From contig CAZSTA010000005.1 in NCBI GenBank assembly GCA_964609495.1, positions 1-45,371 on the forward strand: 45,371 nucleotides of DNA, read 5' to 3'. The notes beneath the pieces were generated by a model. It had not been told where the DNA came from. It did no database searches and saw only the letters and a list, made by a program, of their open reading frames with translations. Position numbers and translations under genes: made by a program. Shown here piece by piece: positions 19,414-29,596 of this stretch. Numbering within the stretch: position 1 is the first letter of the stretch; the number at the start of each line of letters is the position of its first letter. This DNA is from an uncultured bacterium. Its GTDB lineage: Bacteria; CAZSTA01.

Positions 19414-20787
19414 TTGTCTATCTATAAAGCTTGTGATATAAGAGGTATATACGGCGAGGAATTAGATGAGGAGATCGGACTGAAGATAGGTCGAGCTATA
19501 GGAACCAAAGCTGGAGGGGGCGACATTGCGTTAGGAGGAGATGTGCGCCCTAGCACTATAAGCTTGAAATATGCTATTAAAGAAGGATTGATACGATCGG
19601 GATGTAAAGTATCGGATTTGGGGATAGTCCCCACCCCTATAGTCTATTGGGCGAAGGAGAGATTGAAGACCAGAGGTTGCGTGATAGTAACCGCCTCCCA
19701 TAATCCAACCCCTTTCAATGGAGTCAAATTTATGATAGGGGAGCTTCCCGTTCTCCCCCAAGATATAACCGAGGTCGCCGATCTGGTGGAAAGTAGCAGG
19801 TTTATAGAGGGAAGCGGCTCTTGGGAGGAGATAGATCTTAGAGAGGATTATATAGCCGATATAAAGACCCTGCTCTCCTTTACCTCCACCCCGGAGTTCA
19901 AATTAGTGATTGAGGCGAATAACGGTTGCTTGAGCGAGATAGCCCCTAGAGTCACCTCCGAACTCGGCTTCACCACTCTAAAGCTCCATTGCTCACCAGA
20001 GGAGGGCTTTCCCCAAGATGAGCCTAATCCTTCTGCTAGCGGCAATCTCGATCTCCTAGCTCAAAAGGTTATAAATAACAAGGCACAGTTGGGGATAGGG
20101 TTCGATGGGGATGGCGATCGAGTGGCGTTTGTGGATGAGAAGGGAAGAGTCGTTCAAGGAGATAAGAGCATCGTTATCCTATCCAGGGAGATGCTGAGGA
20201 GAAGAGGAGGAGGTAAAATAGTCTATGATCTGAAAAGCTCAAGCATAGTGCCGGAGATGATTCAAAAGCATAATGGGATTCCTCTCAGGGAGAGATCGGG
20301 ACACTCCTTTATCAAGAGAAGAGTTATCACCGAGAAAGCGATATTCGGAGGAGAGATCACCGGACATTTCTTCTATGAGCAACTGAAAGGTCGAGATGAT
20401 GGCTTATACTCAGCCCTGTTTTTAATCAAGATACTTTTGGATAGCAAGCGTAGACTCTCAGAGATAGTCGATGAGATTCCCACAAACTTTATAACTCCTG
20501 ATCTGAGGATATCTTATGAAGGCGATCGCTATGCAGTGCTGGAGAAGATCGAAGCGAACCTCTCCTCCTATCCTATGGATACCACCGATGGAGTCCGGGT
20601 TGATTTCCCTCAAGGTTGGGGATTGATCAGGATCTCCGTCACCGAACCCAAACTGACCCTCCGCTTTGAGGCTAGGAGGGAAGAGGAGTTGACGAATATA
20701 ATGGAGGAATTTCTAGCGGCTGTTCCTGAGATCAAGGATAAGGTTTCTGCTAAATATGAGGAGGTAAAAGATGGAAAAGAGCGATAA
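19414..20787 (+). CDS. Phosphomannomutase/phosphoglucomutase
   Basis: DIRG, TASHNP, FDGDGDR and GEITGH motifs. Confidence 0.93.
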   Translation: MSIYKACDIRGIYGEELDEEIGLKIGRAIGTKAGGGDIALGGDVRPSTISLKYAIKEGLIRSGCKVSDLGIVPTPIVYWAKERLKTRGCVIVTASHNPTPFNGVKFMIGELPVLPQDITEVADLVESSRFIEGSGSWEEIDLREDYIADIKTLLSFTSTPEFKLVIEANNGCLSEIAPRVTSELGFTTLKLHCSPEEGFPQDEPNPSASGNLDLLAQKVINNKAQLGIGFDGDGDRVAFVDEKGRVVQGDKSIVILSREMLRRRGGGKIVYDLKSSSIVPEMIQKHNGIPLRERSGHSFIKRRVITEKAIFGGEITGHFFYEQLKGRDDGLYSALFLIKILLDSKRRLSEIVDEIPTNFITPDLRISYEGDRYAVLEKIEANLSSYPMDTTDGVRVDFPQGWGLIRISVTEPKLTLRFEARREEELTNIMEEFLAAVPEIKDKVSAKYEEVKDGKER

Positions 20788-21442
20788 GGTCAAGGAGGAA
20801 ATAGTCTATTACGCGCAAAGGCTTATCAAGGATGGTTTAGTTACCGGTCCTGGGGGAAATATAAGCGCTCGCTATGAGAATATAATGTTCATATCCCCCA
20901 GCGGCTTCTCCTTTGATGATGCCAAGCCAGAGGATTACGTAGGAGTCGATATAGATAGCGGTCAGATAGTTGAAGGAACGAACAGACCCTCCTCCGAGGT
21001 TCTGATGCACTTAGGCTGTTATCGAAAGAGAGCCGATATTCAGGCGATAGTCCACATCCATCCTCCCTTAGCAACAGGGATCATCAGCGCTGGGATGAAT
21101 CTTAAGCCTATGTATCCAGATTTTTACATATATCTAGGGAGTAATATCCCTCATATTGATTACGTGACGGTTACCACTCCTCGCTTAGCTAAAGCGGTGG
21201 AGAAGGTCATCGGCTCTGCCAATGTAGTTTTAATGAGAAATCATGGAGCATTGACCGTGGGTTCAAATTTGCCACAAGCCTACTATAGAGCGCAGATCAT
21301 AGAGGAAGGGGCAAAGGTTCTATTAGCAGCTCTGACGGTTGGGAAGCCTCGCTATCTAACGGAAGATGAGATGAGGGAACTGGACAATCTGAGCTCGGAA
21401 AAGTATAGGAGAGAATTGCTAGAGTCGATGAAGCATCTCTAA
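20771..21442 (+). CDS. Class II aldolase (L-fuculose-1-phosphate aldolase-like)
   Basis: GGNISAR, SPSG, PSSE..MH, HIH and NHG motifs. Confidence 0.9.
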   Translation: MEKSDKVKEEIVYYAQRLIKDGLVTGPGGNISARYENIMFISPSGFSFDDAKPEDYVGVDIDSGQIVEGTNRPSSEVLMHLGCYRKRADIQAIVHIHPPLATGIISAGMNLKPMYPDFYIYLGSNIPHIDYVTVTTPRLAKAVEKVIGSANVVLMRNHGALTVGSNLPQAYYRAQIIEEGAKVLLAALTVGKPRYLTEDEMRELDNLSSEKYRRELLESMKHL

Positions 21443-21511
21443 CAAAGCAAAATCGCCAAAACAAAAGACCATCGATCTTTTAGTTTGACGACAGACTCTA
21501 GAATCTCAAGT

Positions 21512-21560
21512 AAAGGTAACTTTTGCTTCATAAGAAATCTAAGGTTAAAAAGTTACCTTT
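21512..21560 (+). repeat. Repeat A copy 1 (hairpin MITE-like)
   Basis: AAAGGTAACTTTT..AAAAGTTACCTTT. Confidence 0.85.
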
Positions 21561-21593
21561 AAACCGAAACTTAAATCTCAGCTCGAAGTTCTC

Positions 21594-21616
21594 AGGCGGT
21601 CAGCTACTGACCGCCT
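21594..21616. terminator. Perfect hairpin between convergent aldolase and rpsI, possible terminator
   Basis: AGGCGGTCAG-CTA-CTGACCGCCT; no clear U-tract. Confidence 0.45.
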
Positions 21617-21643
21617 ATAATATATAAAAACCCTAATCCAATA

Positions 21644-22045
21644 TTATCTCTTAGAGAATTGAGGCTTTTTACGAGCTTTTTTGAGGCCATATTTACGACG
21701 CTCTTTCATTCTGGGATCTCTAGTGAGGAAACCACCCTGACGAAGCGTCTTTCTTAATTCTGGATCGGCAGAAAGAAGAGCGCGAGATATCCCATGCCGA
21801 ACCGCTCCAGCTTGCCCGGAGAGACCCCCTCCTCCCACTCTAGCGTATATATCAAAGCTATCCAGACTATTCGTGGCTACCAAAGGTTGAAGGATCTGAA
21901 TTTCCAAAGCTTTACTGTGAAAGTAATCCGCTAAAGGTTTATCATTTACCGTGATCTTGCCCTCTCCAGCCGCTATCCAGACCTTTGCTACAGCATCTTT
22001 CCTTCTCCCTGTGCCGTAATACCTATCTCTAGCTAACGGAAGCAT
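21644..22045 (-). CDS. rpsI: 30S ribosomal protein S9
   Basis: GTGRRK, GGG.SGQAGA, PQFSKR. Confidence 0.98.
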   Translation of the reverse strand: MLPLARDRYYGTGRRKDAVAKVWIAAGEGKITVNDKPLADYFHSKALEIQILQPLVATNSLDSFDIYARVGGGGLSGQAGAVRHGISRALLSADPELRKTLRQGGFLTRDPRMKERRKYGLKKARKKPQFSKR

Positions 22046-22060
22046 CTTTTCCCCCCTTTC

Positions 22061-22492
22061 CTAAAATTCCAATTTCTTGGGTTGCTGAGCCTTATGAGGA
22101 TGTTCAGGCCCAGCATATACCTTTAGTTTCTTGAGCATTGCTCTTCCTAAGCTATTGTGAGGCAACATACCTCGAACTGCTTTAACTATAACCCCGACAG
22201 GATCATCCTCCATGAATCTCCGATAGGTCTTTTCCTTCAATCCGCCTATATATCCGGAATGCCTACGATATAGCTTTCGATCCAATTTCTTTCCGGTGAG
22301 GTTCACCTTTTCCGCATTAACTACGATGACGAAATCACCTGTATCTAAATGAGGAGTATAAATCGCCTTATGCTTCCCTCTTAAAATACTAGCCACTCGG
22401 GAGGCTAGTCTGCCTAAGTTTTGGCCTTCCGCATCAACTAAGTGCCAAGTCCTCTCCACTTGATCAGGCTTAGCCATATAAGTCTTCTGCAT
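22061..22492 (-). CDS. rplM: 50S ribosomal protein L13
   Basis: [23 protein letters not shown]. Confidence 0.98.
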   Translation of the reverse strand: MQKTYMAKPDQVERTWHLVDAEGQNLGRLASRVASILRGKHKAIYTPHLDTGDFVIVVNAEKVNLTGKKLDRKLYRRHSGYIGGLKEKTYRRFMEDDPVGVIVKAVRGMLPHNSLGRAMLKKLKVYAGPEHPHKAQQPKKLEF

Positions 22493-22514
22493 ATTCGCTC
22501 CTTCCTCTCCAATA

Positions 22515-23249
22515 TCAATATCTCACTTCTATCAAATAGAGTCCTCTAGCTGGTATCGTCCTTCCCGCTCTCCTTCTATCTTCAGCAGACAGGATATCCT
22601 TCATCTCGTTTGGGGCTAACTTCCCTCTCCCTATATCTAACAGAGTCCCCACGATGGTCCGAACCATATGCGGTAGGAATCCATTGGCTTCGATCTCCAG
22701 GGAGACTATATCACCCTCTCGATTAAGAACAATATCCTGAACAGTGCGTATAAAATTTTCCCGTTCGTAAATAGAGGCGCAAAATGATCTGAAATTATGC
22801 GTGCCGAGCAGACAGCGACTCGCTTCCCTCATAGCATCCAGTTCCATCTTACCTCTCGAGAGGTATGAATAATTCCTTTCGAAGACGGAGGGATAATCCC
22901 TATTGAGTATCCTATAGCGATATCTCCTGCTCAAAGCGGAGGAACGAGCGTTAAAGGAGAGAGGAACTTCCTCCACCTCTTTCACCCTTATATCCTCGGG
23001 AAGAACGCTATTTATCGCGGCTCGCCAACCATCAAGGGGAATGTGGCTATCTGTAAGAAAATTTACCACCTGTCCAAGGGCATGAACCCCAGCATCAGTT
23101 CTTCCCGCGACGATCGTCTTAACTTCCTCTTTAACAAGCCGAGATAAGCTATCCTCTAAAACTCCCTGAACAGTTGCCAACCCTGGTTGGACTTGCCAAC
23201 CGTGATAATTAGTTCCTTCATATTCGAGGACGAATTTCATATTACGCAA
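22515..23249 (-). CDS. truA: tRNA pseudouridine(38-40) synthase
   Basis: [20 protein letters not shown]. Confidence 0.97.
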   Translation of the reverse strand: MRNMKFVLEYEGTNYHGWQVQPGLATVQGVLEDSLSRLVKEEVKTIVAGRTDAGVHALGQVVNFLTDSHIPLDGWRAAINSVLPEDIRVKEVEEVPLSFNARSSALSRRYRYRILNRDYPSVFERNYSYLSRGKMELDAMREASRCLLGTHNFRSFCASIYERENFIRTVQDIVLNREGDIVSLEIEANGFLPHMVRTIVGTLLDIGRGKLAPNEMKDILSAEDRRRAGRTIPARGLYLIEVRY

Positions 23250-23277
23250 CTGAAATCTTTTAGACTCCCTATATCCC

Positions 23278-24084
23278 TCATCGCCAAAAAGAAATAAATA
23301 TCGCAGTCGCTATAATAACTGCTGTCCATATCCCTGCTACATGATCTTCCTTGCTGAAGTTAAGTTGCTTCATCCTCGTCCTGCCCTCACCACCTCGATA
23401 GCATCTTGACTCCATCGCGGTCGCTAATTCGTTAGCTCTCTGAAAACTGCTTATGAAGAGAGGAACTAGGATGGGAATGAGGCTCTTAGCTCGCTTGAAG
23501 ATATTACCACTCTCGAAATCCGCGCCCCTGGCCATCTGCGCCTTCATAATCTTATCAGTTTCCTCAAGTAAGGTGGGAATGAATCGCAAAGCGATAGTCA
23601 TCATCATTGCTAGCTCGTGAGCAGGAAATCCAAATCTCTTGAGCGGATTCATCAACCTCTCGATAGCATCGGTAAGGGATAAGGGTGAAGTAGTCAGAGT
23701 CAGTAGAGAAGTAGCTACCACTAACAAAAGAAGGCGAGATGTTATCAAGGCAGACTGTCTTATCCCTTTATCGGTTATCTTCAGAGGGCCTAGTCTGGCT
23801 AACACCTCTCCCTCACTCCAGAAGAGGTTTAAGATCAGAGTGAAAAGAATTATGAAGATTATCGGCTTCAGCCCTCTAAGGATAAATCTAGGGGACAGGT
23901 GAGCTATCGTGGCTATCAGGATAAGATAGGCGCAAAGAGGTATATATCCATATAGATTACTTATGACAAAGAGCGAGATCATAAAGACTATACCGACTAT
24001 TATCTTCGTTCTAGGATCTAAGCGATGAATTAGCGATTGTCCTGGTATATATTGACCTATGGTTATATTCTTAAAATTTAACAT
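23278..24084 (-). CDS. ecfT: ECF transporter transmembrane component
   Basis: LDPRTK, ALRFIP, AQMARG, AMESRCY. Confidence 0.95.
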   Translation of the reverse strand: MLNFKNITIGQYIPGQSLIHRLDPRTKIIVGIVFMISLFVISNLYGYIPLCAYLILIATIAHLSPRFILRGLKPIIFIILFTLILNLFWSEGEVLARLGPLKITDKGIRQSALITSRLLLLVVATSLLTLTTSPLSLTDAIERLMNPLKRFGFPAHELAMMMTIALRFIPTLLEETDKIMKAQMARGADFESGNIFKRAKSLIPILVPLFISSFQRANELATAMESRCYRGGEGRTRMKQLNFSKEDHVAGIWTAVIIATAIFISFWR

Positions 24085-24109
24085 AAGCCAGCAGGGAGTA
24101 AGTCAAGCT

Positions 24110-24997
24110 CTATTTTAAACATAGAGGGGCTGAGGGAAGACTTTCTTTCCTGCCCTCAAGTATTCTCAGTATCTCTCCCCTAGCCTCCTCGACAGAGAGA
24201 ATATCATCCCTAACATCTATCCCCCTCTCCTTCAACCTTCTCATCAACTCAACTATGGGAGGGAGTTCAAGCCCGATCTCAGTTAGCTTATCTTCCTGAG
24301 CAAATATCCCTTTAGGATCTCCCTCTAATATTATCTGTCCTTCATCGAGAACTATTATCCTCTCCACCCTTCTAGCGATCTCTTCCATATCGTGAGAGAT
24401 GAGGATTATAGTCATCCCTACCTCGGAGTGAAAGCGATCGATCTGATCTAATATCTCATCTTTTCCCCTAGGATCTAAGCCAGCGGTTGGCTCATCTAAT
24501 ATTAGAGTTCTAGGTTTCATCGCTAGAACTCCCGCGAGGGCAACTCTTCTCTTCTCCCCTCCTGATAGCTCGAAGGGAGAGCGATCCTTGAAAGCGGAAT
24601 AATTAAGATCGACCAATTCCATAACCTCTCCAATAAGCTCTTCTAATCTATCCTCATCTATCCCTAAGTTATGGGGCCCAAAGGCTATATCTTTATAGAC
24701 AGTCTCTTCAAACAACTGATGCTCTGGATATTGAAAGACTAAGCCCACTTTCCTCCTTATATTCTTTAACTCGGATTTATTTGCCTTTGTATCTATACCG
24801 TCTATATAGACTTTCCCCTTAGTGGGGAATAGGAGCGCGTTGAAGTGCTGGACTAAGGTAGATTTCCCAGAACCAGTCCTTCCCACTAATCCGATGAACT
24901 CCCCATCATCTATCTCAAGATTGATATCCTCTAAAGCTCGGGCCTCTAAAGGTGTTCCAGGCATATATGTATATGTTAAATGCTCAACTCTAATCAA
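24110..24997 (-). CDS. ecfA2: ECF transporter ATPase A2
   Basis: GRTGSGKS, FQYPEHQLF, SPFELSGG. Confidence 0.93.
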   Translation of the reverse strand: MIRVEHLTYTYMPGTPLEARALEDINLEIDDGEFIGLVGRTGSGKSTLVQHFNALLFPTKGKVYIDGIDTKANKSELKNIRRKVGLVFQYPEHQLFEETVYKDIAFGPHNLGIDEDRLEELIGEVMELVDLNYSAFKDRSPFELSGGEKRRVALAGVLAMKPRTLILDEPTAGLDPRGKDEILDQIDRFHSEVGMTIILISHDMEEIARRVERIIVLDEGQIILEGDPKGIFAQEDKLTEIGLELPPIVELMRRLKERGIDVRDDILSVEEARGEILRILEGRKESLPSAPLCLK

Positions 24998-25010
24998 AAT
25001 GTTCCCCCGC

Positions 25011-25904
25011 TCATACCTTTCCCCGGGGAAAAGGATGAAATTCTATATCGCTTGACTCCCCCGATAATATTGATAGCATCTCCTCTACAGTAACGATATC
25101 CAAGGGAATATCTACCCCACTTCTCCTCAACTCGTATGCTAACTCGGTCATCTGAGGAACATTGAGGCGTAGTTCCCTCATCCTTTCAACTTGAGAGAAG
25201 ATATAGCGAGGGGTTCCCTCCATCTCGATTCTACCATCGGACATAACTATAACTCGGCGAGCCTCTATCGCTTCCTTCATAGAGTGGGTGATATAAACTA
25301 TAGTGATCCCCTCTCGGTTCAATTTCTTGACGGTTTGGAGGACTTCCCTTTTCCCCTCTGGATCCAACATCGTGGTAGGCTCATCCAAGACGATACATTC
25401 GGGTCTCATCGCGATAACTCCTGCGATCGCAACCCTCTGCTTCTGTCCCCCAGAAAGGAGGTGAGCCACATTCCATCTGAAAGGAAGCATATCCACATTG
25501 GTCAAAGCAGAATCTACCCGCTCTCTTATCTCCTCGGGAGGTATCCCCAGATTCTCACAGCCGAAAGCGATATCCTCCTCAACTACTGCGGCGACGAGCT
25601 GATTATCGGGGTTTTGAAAGATCATACCTACCTTCTGACGTATCTCCCAGAGATGTTCCTTATCCTTCGTGTTCATCCCCTTTATCCAAACGTCGCCGGA
25701 GGTGGGCAGAAGAAGTCCGTTGAGATGTTTAGCTAGAGTAGATTTACCGCATCCGTTATGCCCAATTATAGCTACAAATTCGCCATCAGCTACGCTGAGG
25801 CTTAACCCATCAAGAGCTTGAACCTCATTAGGAGAAGAAGAATCTCCAATACCATCTGACTCCTCTCGATTATAGATATGAACTAAATCCCTTATCTCTA
25901 TCAT
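25011..25904 (-). CDS. ecfA1: ECF transporter ATPase A1
   Basis: GHNGCGKS, FQNPDNQ, LSGGQKQR. Confidence 0.93.
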   Translation of the reverse strand: MIEIRDLVHIYNREESDGIGDSSSPNEVQALDGLSLSVADGEFVAIIGHNGCGKSTLAKHLNGLLLPTSGDVWIKGMNTKDKEHLWEIRQKVGMIFQNPDNQLVAAVVEEDIAFGCENLGIPPEEIRERVDSALTNVDMLPFRWNVAHLLSGGQKQRVAIAGVIAMRPECIVLDEPTTMLDPEGKREVLQTVKKLNREGITIVYITHSMKEAIEARRVIVMSDGRIEMEGTPRYIFSQVERMRELRLNVPQMTELAYELRRSGVDIPLDIVTVEEMLSILSGESSDIEFHPFPRGKV

Positions 25905-25993
25905 ATAGGGGGAGGAATCCTCCCCTAAAAGGTAACTTTTTGCTTCAAATAGAACTCACGGTTAAAAAAGTTACCTTTTCTACCCCTCCTATT
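25905..25993 (+). repeat. Repeat B interrupted by repeat A copy 2 (25927-25979)
   Basis: ATAGGGGGAGGAATCCTCCCCT[A]CTACCCCTCCTAT; compare the uninterrupted B at 40059-40095. Confidence 0.85.
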
Positions 25994-25994
25994 T

Positions 25995-26654
25995 CTATTT
26001 ATGTTTGTAGGAGATATAAACTCGAAATCCACCGCTTTTGACGATCGTCTCAACGTTTCCAAATACCTCCTCCATCCTCTTCATCAACCTCTCGCCACCC
26101 TTATTGTGGCGAGCGACTATTTGGAATATAGGGAGGAACTTTTCCTGCTCGCTCTTCTCTCTATAGGGGGAGGGATCCTCCCTACTCCTCCTATATTTTA
26201 AATTAGCAAAAGAGGCTGTTATTATATCATTACATATCTTCATCCCCGCCGCTAAGGGAGGATTAGAGACTATATTATCGAAGTATTCCCCCTCCCAAGG
26301 TTCAAATAGATCTCCCCGGCGGATATCGATCTCTACTCTGTTACGAAGCCCATTTCTCTTGGCGTAGAATATAGCCCTTTCATTGATATCACTCATAAAG
26401 ACCTGCATCGAGGGTTTCAATATCTTCGCAGTTATCCCCAACACTCCACATCCACAGCCAAGATCGAGAAATCTTTCTCCACTTAGGATCATATTTTCCG
26501 CTAATAGTCTGGTCCCTCGATCTATATCTCGACCGCGAAATCCAAATACTCCGCTGACCACTTCTAAATCGATCTTACGCTCGCGGATGATCAAGTTAAG
26601 CAATTTGCTCTTCTCTTGGCTAGTTGGTCTAGCAGTATAATAATGTTCCATCAC
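25995..26654 (-). CDS. Class I SAM methyltransferase (RsmC/YbxB-like) with a repeat-derived in-frame insertion
   Basis: EHYYT..P, SGVF..IDRGTRLL, LDLGCG.G and SNPP motifs. Confidence 0.85.
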   Translation of the reverse strand: MMEHYYTARPTSQEKSKLLNLIIRERKIDLEVVSGVFGFRGRDIDRGTRLLAENMILSGERFLDLGCGCGVLGITAKILKPSMQVFMSDINERAIFYAKRNGLRNRVEIDIRRGDLFEPWEGEYFDNIVSNPPLAAGMKICNDIITASFANLKYRRSREDPSPYREKSEQEKFLPIFQIVARHNKGGERLMKRMEEVFGNVETIVKSGGFRVYISYKHK

Positions 26655-26676
26655 TCTTCCCTATCAGGATATATAT

Positions 26677-26906
26677 CCCCCCTCACCCTTAAAAGGTAAC
26701 TTTTGCTTCAAATAGGACTCAAGGTTAAAAAGTTACCTTTTATCCCTCTCCCACGAGGGGAGAGGGAACACTTAGATAAGCTCGATCTCTTTAGTTCCCC
26801 CTCCCTTGACGGGAGGGGGTTAGGGGGAGGGTGATAATTAACAAGATTCCTTGATAGTCTTATTAATTCAGCAAAAACCAAGATGGGAGGGGTTAGGGAA
26901 GGGTGA
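26677..26906. repeat. Cluster of CCCTCACCCT-x-CCCTCTCCC..GGGAGAGGG palindromic repeats, the first interrupted by repeat A copy 3 (26691-26741)
   Basis: One forward and two inverted copies between rplQ and the methyltransferase; a related hairpin lies at about 13527-13551. Confidence 0.75.
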
Positions 26907-26931
26907 TTTAAGAGAAGTTCCCCCCGACCGA

Positions 26932-27288
26932 TCATCCCTCCAGTATCTCCAAGCGAGCCATCTCAGCCGCATCGCCTCTCCTATAGCCAAGCTTTGTGAT
27001 TCGAGTATATCCTCCCTGCCTATCGGAAAAGCGAGGGGCTATCTCATCGAATAGTTGCTTAACTATATCCTTATCAGGGATAAATCTCAAAACTCGACGA
27101 CGAGAGTGTAGATCGCCCTTCTTAGCAAAAGTTATCATCTTCTCAGCCCATCTTCTAGCCTCAGAGGCCTTGGGTCGAGTGGTGGTTACAGCCTTATATT
27201 TGAACAAAGCTCTGACCAAGCTCTTAAGGAGAGCTTTTCTTTGGCCAGGATTCCTCCCAAACTTTTTGTCTGCCTTTCTGTGTCTCAT
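26932..27288 (-). CDS. rplQ: 50S ribosomal protein L17
   Basis: MRHRK, GGYTRI.K..RRGD.A. Confidence 0.98.
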   Translation of the reverse strand: MRHRKADKKFGRNPGQRKALLKSLVRALFKYKAVTTTRPKASEARRWAEKMITFAKKGDLHSRRRVLRFIPDKDIVKQLFDEIAPRFSDRQGGYTRITKLGYRRGDAAEMARLEILEG

Positions 27289-27311
27289 TTATCCCTCTCC
27301 CAATATATAAA

Positions 27312-28274
27312 TTAATCGTTTTTCTCTGTCAAGGAAAGCTCCAATTCCTTGACCTTAGCTTCCACCTCTGCCAAGGACTTCTTCCCAAAGTTTTTTATCT
27401 TCAATAGATCCTCTGGGGTTTGCTTTATTAATCCCCCTACAGTCCCAATTTTATTCTTCTTCAGACATCTATAGCTTCTGATCGAAAGATCTAACTCTTC
27501 GATCGTAGTGGCAAGTAGCTGCTGTCTTTCCTTTTCCTCCTCCAATCCCTCCTCTTCTTCCTCCGCCGCGACTACCTCTTCCTTCACTTCTCTCTCTTGG
27601 ATACTTGAGAAGATTTTGAGATGTTGCTGTAGTATATTAGCTGCCTCACTGACTGCCTCACTGGGAGAGATACTTCCACCCGTCCAGACCTCCAAGATCA
27701 ATTTATCGTAATTAGTAATTTGTCCCACCCTGGTGTTCTCAATAGTGAAGTTCACCTTCTTCACTGGGGAGAAGATAGCATCGATCGGGATCGTTCCAAG
27801 GGGTTGATCGGGCTTCTTATTGCTTTCAGCCTGAACATATCCCCTCCCCTTTTCTATCGTCAATTCCATACCGAACTCTGCTCCATCGGTTAGGGTAGCG
27901 ATATGAAGTTCAGGATTGAGAAGCTCTACACTACTGGGAAACATAATATCAGCAGCCACTACCTCCCCTTCATCCTTGACCTCCAAGCGGGCTTTTTGAG
28001 ACTCTTCAACATAGGATTTCAGAAGCAACTCCTTAATGTTTAGGATCATCTCAGTAGTATCCTCCACTATCCCTGGTATTGTAGAGAACTCATGGAGAAC
28101 GTTGTCGATTTTAATTGAAGTTACGGCTGTTCCCCTCAGCGAGGACAGTAACACCCTCCTCAGTGAATTGCCCAAAGTAACCCCATATCCTCTCTCCAGA
28201 GGTTCAGCGATGAATTTTCCGTAATTGTCGGTGAGTTCGACCGTCCTTATATTAGGCATCTGCATATCTATCAT
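27312..28274 (-). CDS. rpoA: RNA polymerase alpha subunit
   Basis: EPLERGYG.TLGNSLRRVLLSS, NFGKKS. Confidence 0.99.
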   Translation of the reverse strand: MIDMQMPNIRTVELTDNYGKFIAEPLERGYGVTLGNSLRRVLLSSLRGTAVTSIKIDNVLHEFSTIPGIVEDTTEMILNIKELLLKSYVEESQKARLEVKDEGEVVAADIMFPSSVELLNPELHIATLTDGAEFGMELTIEKGRGYVQAESNKKPDQPLGTIPIDAIFSPVKKVNFTIENTRVGQITNYDKLILEVWTGGSISPSEAVSEAANILQQHLKIFSSIQEREVKEEVVAAEEEEEGLEEEKERQQLLATTIEELDLSIRSYRCLKKNKIGTVGGLIKQTPEDLLKIKNFGKKSLAEVEAKVKELELSLTEKND

Positions 28275-28388
28275 TCAGAATTCGACCTCCTGAAGTAGAT
28301 ATCTAAGGATAAGAAATTTTCCCTCCTACCTTCTAGATCTTCTACTTCTCAGACTTCAGTTCCTTAAAAAGAGGTGCTAAATTAAGAA

Positions 28389-29018
28389 TTAGCGAGAATA
28401 GTACTCCACAATCAATTGCTCTTGAATGGGTACTACTATATCCTCTCTGGTTGGCAGTTTCGTAACTCTGCCTGCTAGCTCCTCAGGATCAACCTCCAGC
28501 CAGGAAGGGACTATCCCTTGGAGAGAAGCAGCATTTTCTTTTATAGCTGTTATTCTCTTGCTCTTCTGTCTCACAACAATTAGATCCCCTACGTTCACTT
28601 GATAAGAGGGTATATTAACCTTACGTCCATTAACCTCGATATGACCATGTCGAACCAATTGTCTAGCCCCCCTGCGAGAGGATGCAAATCCCATTCTGAA
28701 TACCACATTATCCAGCCTTCGCTCCAGCATAGATAATAAAATCTCACCGGTCACTCCCTTTTGTCGTTCAGCTTTCTCAAAGTAACCGCGGAATTGAGCC
28801 TCCAATATTCCATACATTCGCCGAACTTTCTGCTTTTCCTTAAGACGAATACTATAGTCGGAAGGCTGTCTTCTCCTTCTTCCTCTTCTTCCATATCGCT
28901 TCACGGCGGCTTGGCGCTCTATAACGCACTTGCTACTATTACATCTGCTCCCTTTTAAAAAGAGCTTTTCTCCATAACTACGGCATAATTTACACACCGC
29001 TCCTGTATATCTTGCCAT
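28389..29018 (-). CDS. rpsD: 30S ribosomal protein S4
   Basis: MARYTG..CKLCR, LE.RLDNVV, IVEYYSR. Confidence 0.99.
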   Translation of the reverse strand: MARYTGAVCKLCRSYGEKLFLKGSRCNSSKCVIERQAAVKRYGRRGRRRRQPSDYSIRLKEKQKVRRMYGILEAQFRGYFEKAERQKGVTGEILLSMLERRLDNVVFRMGFASSRRGARQLVRHGHIEVNGRKVNIPSYQVNVGDLIVVRQKSKRITAIKENAASLQGIVPSWLEVDPEELAGRVTKLPTREDIVVPIQEQLIVEYYSR

Positions 29019-29177
29019 CTATCAGGTCTGGTCCAACTGAGCGAATCCCTCCCTAGGGGGAGGAATTATCCCCTCTATCTCTCCTACATTTTAAGCCCCA
29101 TATTTGAGAGAGGGCAGTATCTCCGAGGGATAACACCTCAGTTTGCCAGTCTTTCACCTCCCATTCTTTTGAAATAA

Positions 29178-29570
29178 CTATACCCTTCTCCGCTTAGGAG
29201 GACGGCACCCATTATGGGGTATAGGAGTAACATCCTTGATTACGTTGATCTCCAATCCAGCGGCTTGCAGGGATCTGATAGCGGTATCCCTACCAGCTCC
29301 TGGACCCTTAACATGAACATCCACCCGTTTTAAGCCCAAGGACATCGCTTTCCTCGCGGCCTCCTCTGCGGCTAATTGAGCTGCAAAAGGGGTCCCTTTT
29401 CTCGAACCCTTGAATCCTACCATACCAGCGCTAGCCCAAGATATAACATTCCCCTGAAAATCGGTTATGGTAACTATAGTATTATTAAAGGTGGATTTTA
29501 TATGAGCCACCCCTGCGCTTACGCTAACTTTCTCCTTCCTAGCTCTTTGACGTCTCCCTGGTCTAGGCAA
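29178..29570 (-). CDS. rpsK: 30S ribosomal protein S11
   Basis: [19 protein letters not shown]. Confidence 0.99.
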   Translation of the reverse strand: MPRPGRRQRARKEKVSVSAGVAHIKSTFNNTIVTITDFQGNVISWASAGMVGFKGSRKGTPFAAQLAAEEAARKAMSLGLKRVDVHVKGPGAGRDTAIRSLQAAGLEINVIKDVTPIPHNGCRPPKRRRV

Positions 29571-29596
29571 TTTCTGAATCCTCCTTTCCTTATCTT

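Noticed and set aside
26708-27054. 75-aa and 67-aa ORFs near rplQ
   Set aside because: Translations of palindromic repeats or the antisense strand of rplQ.
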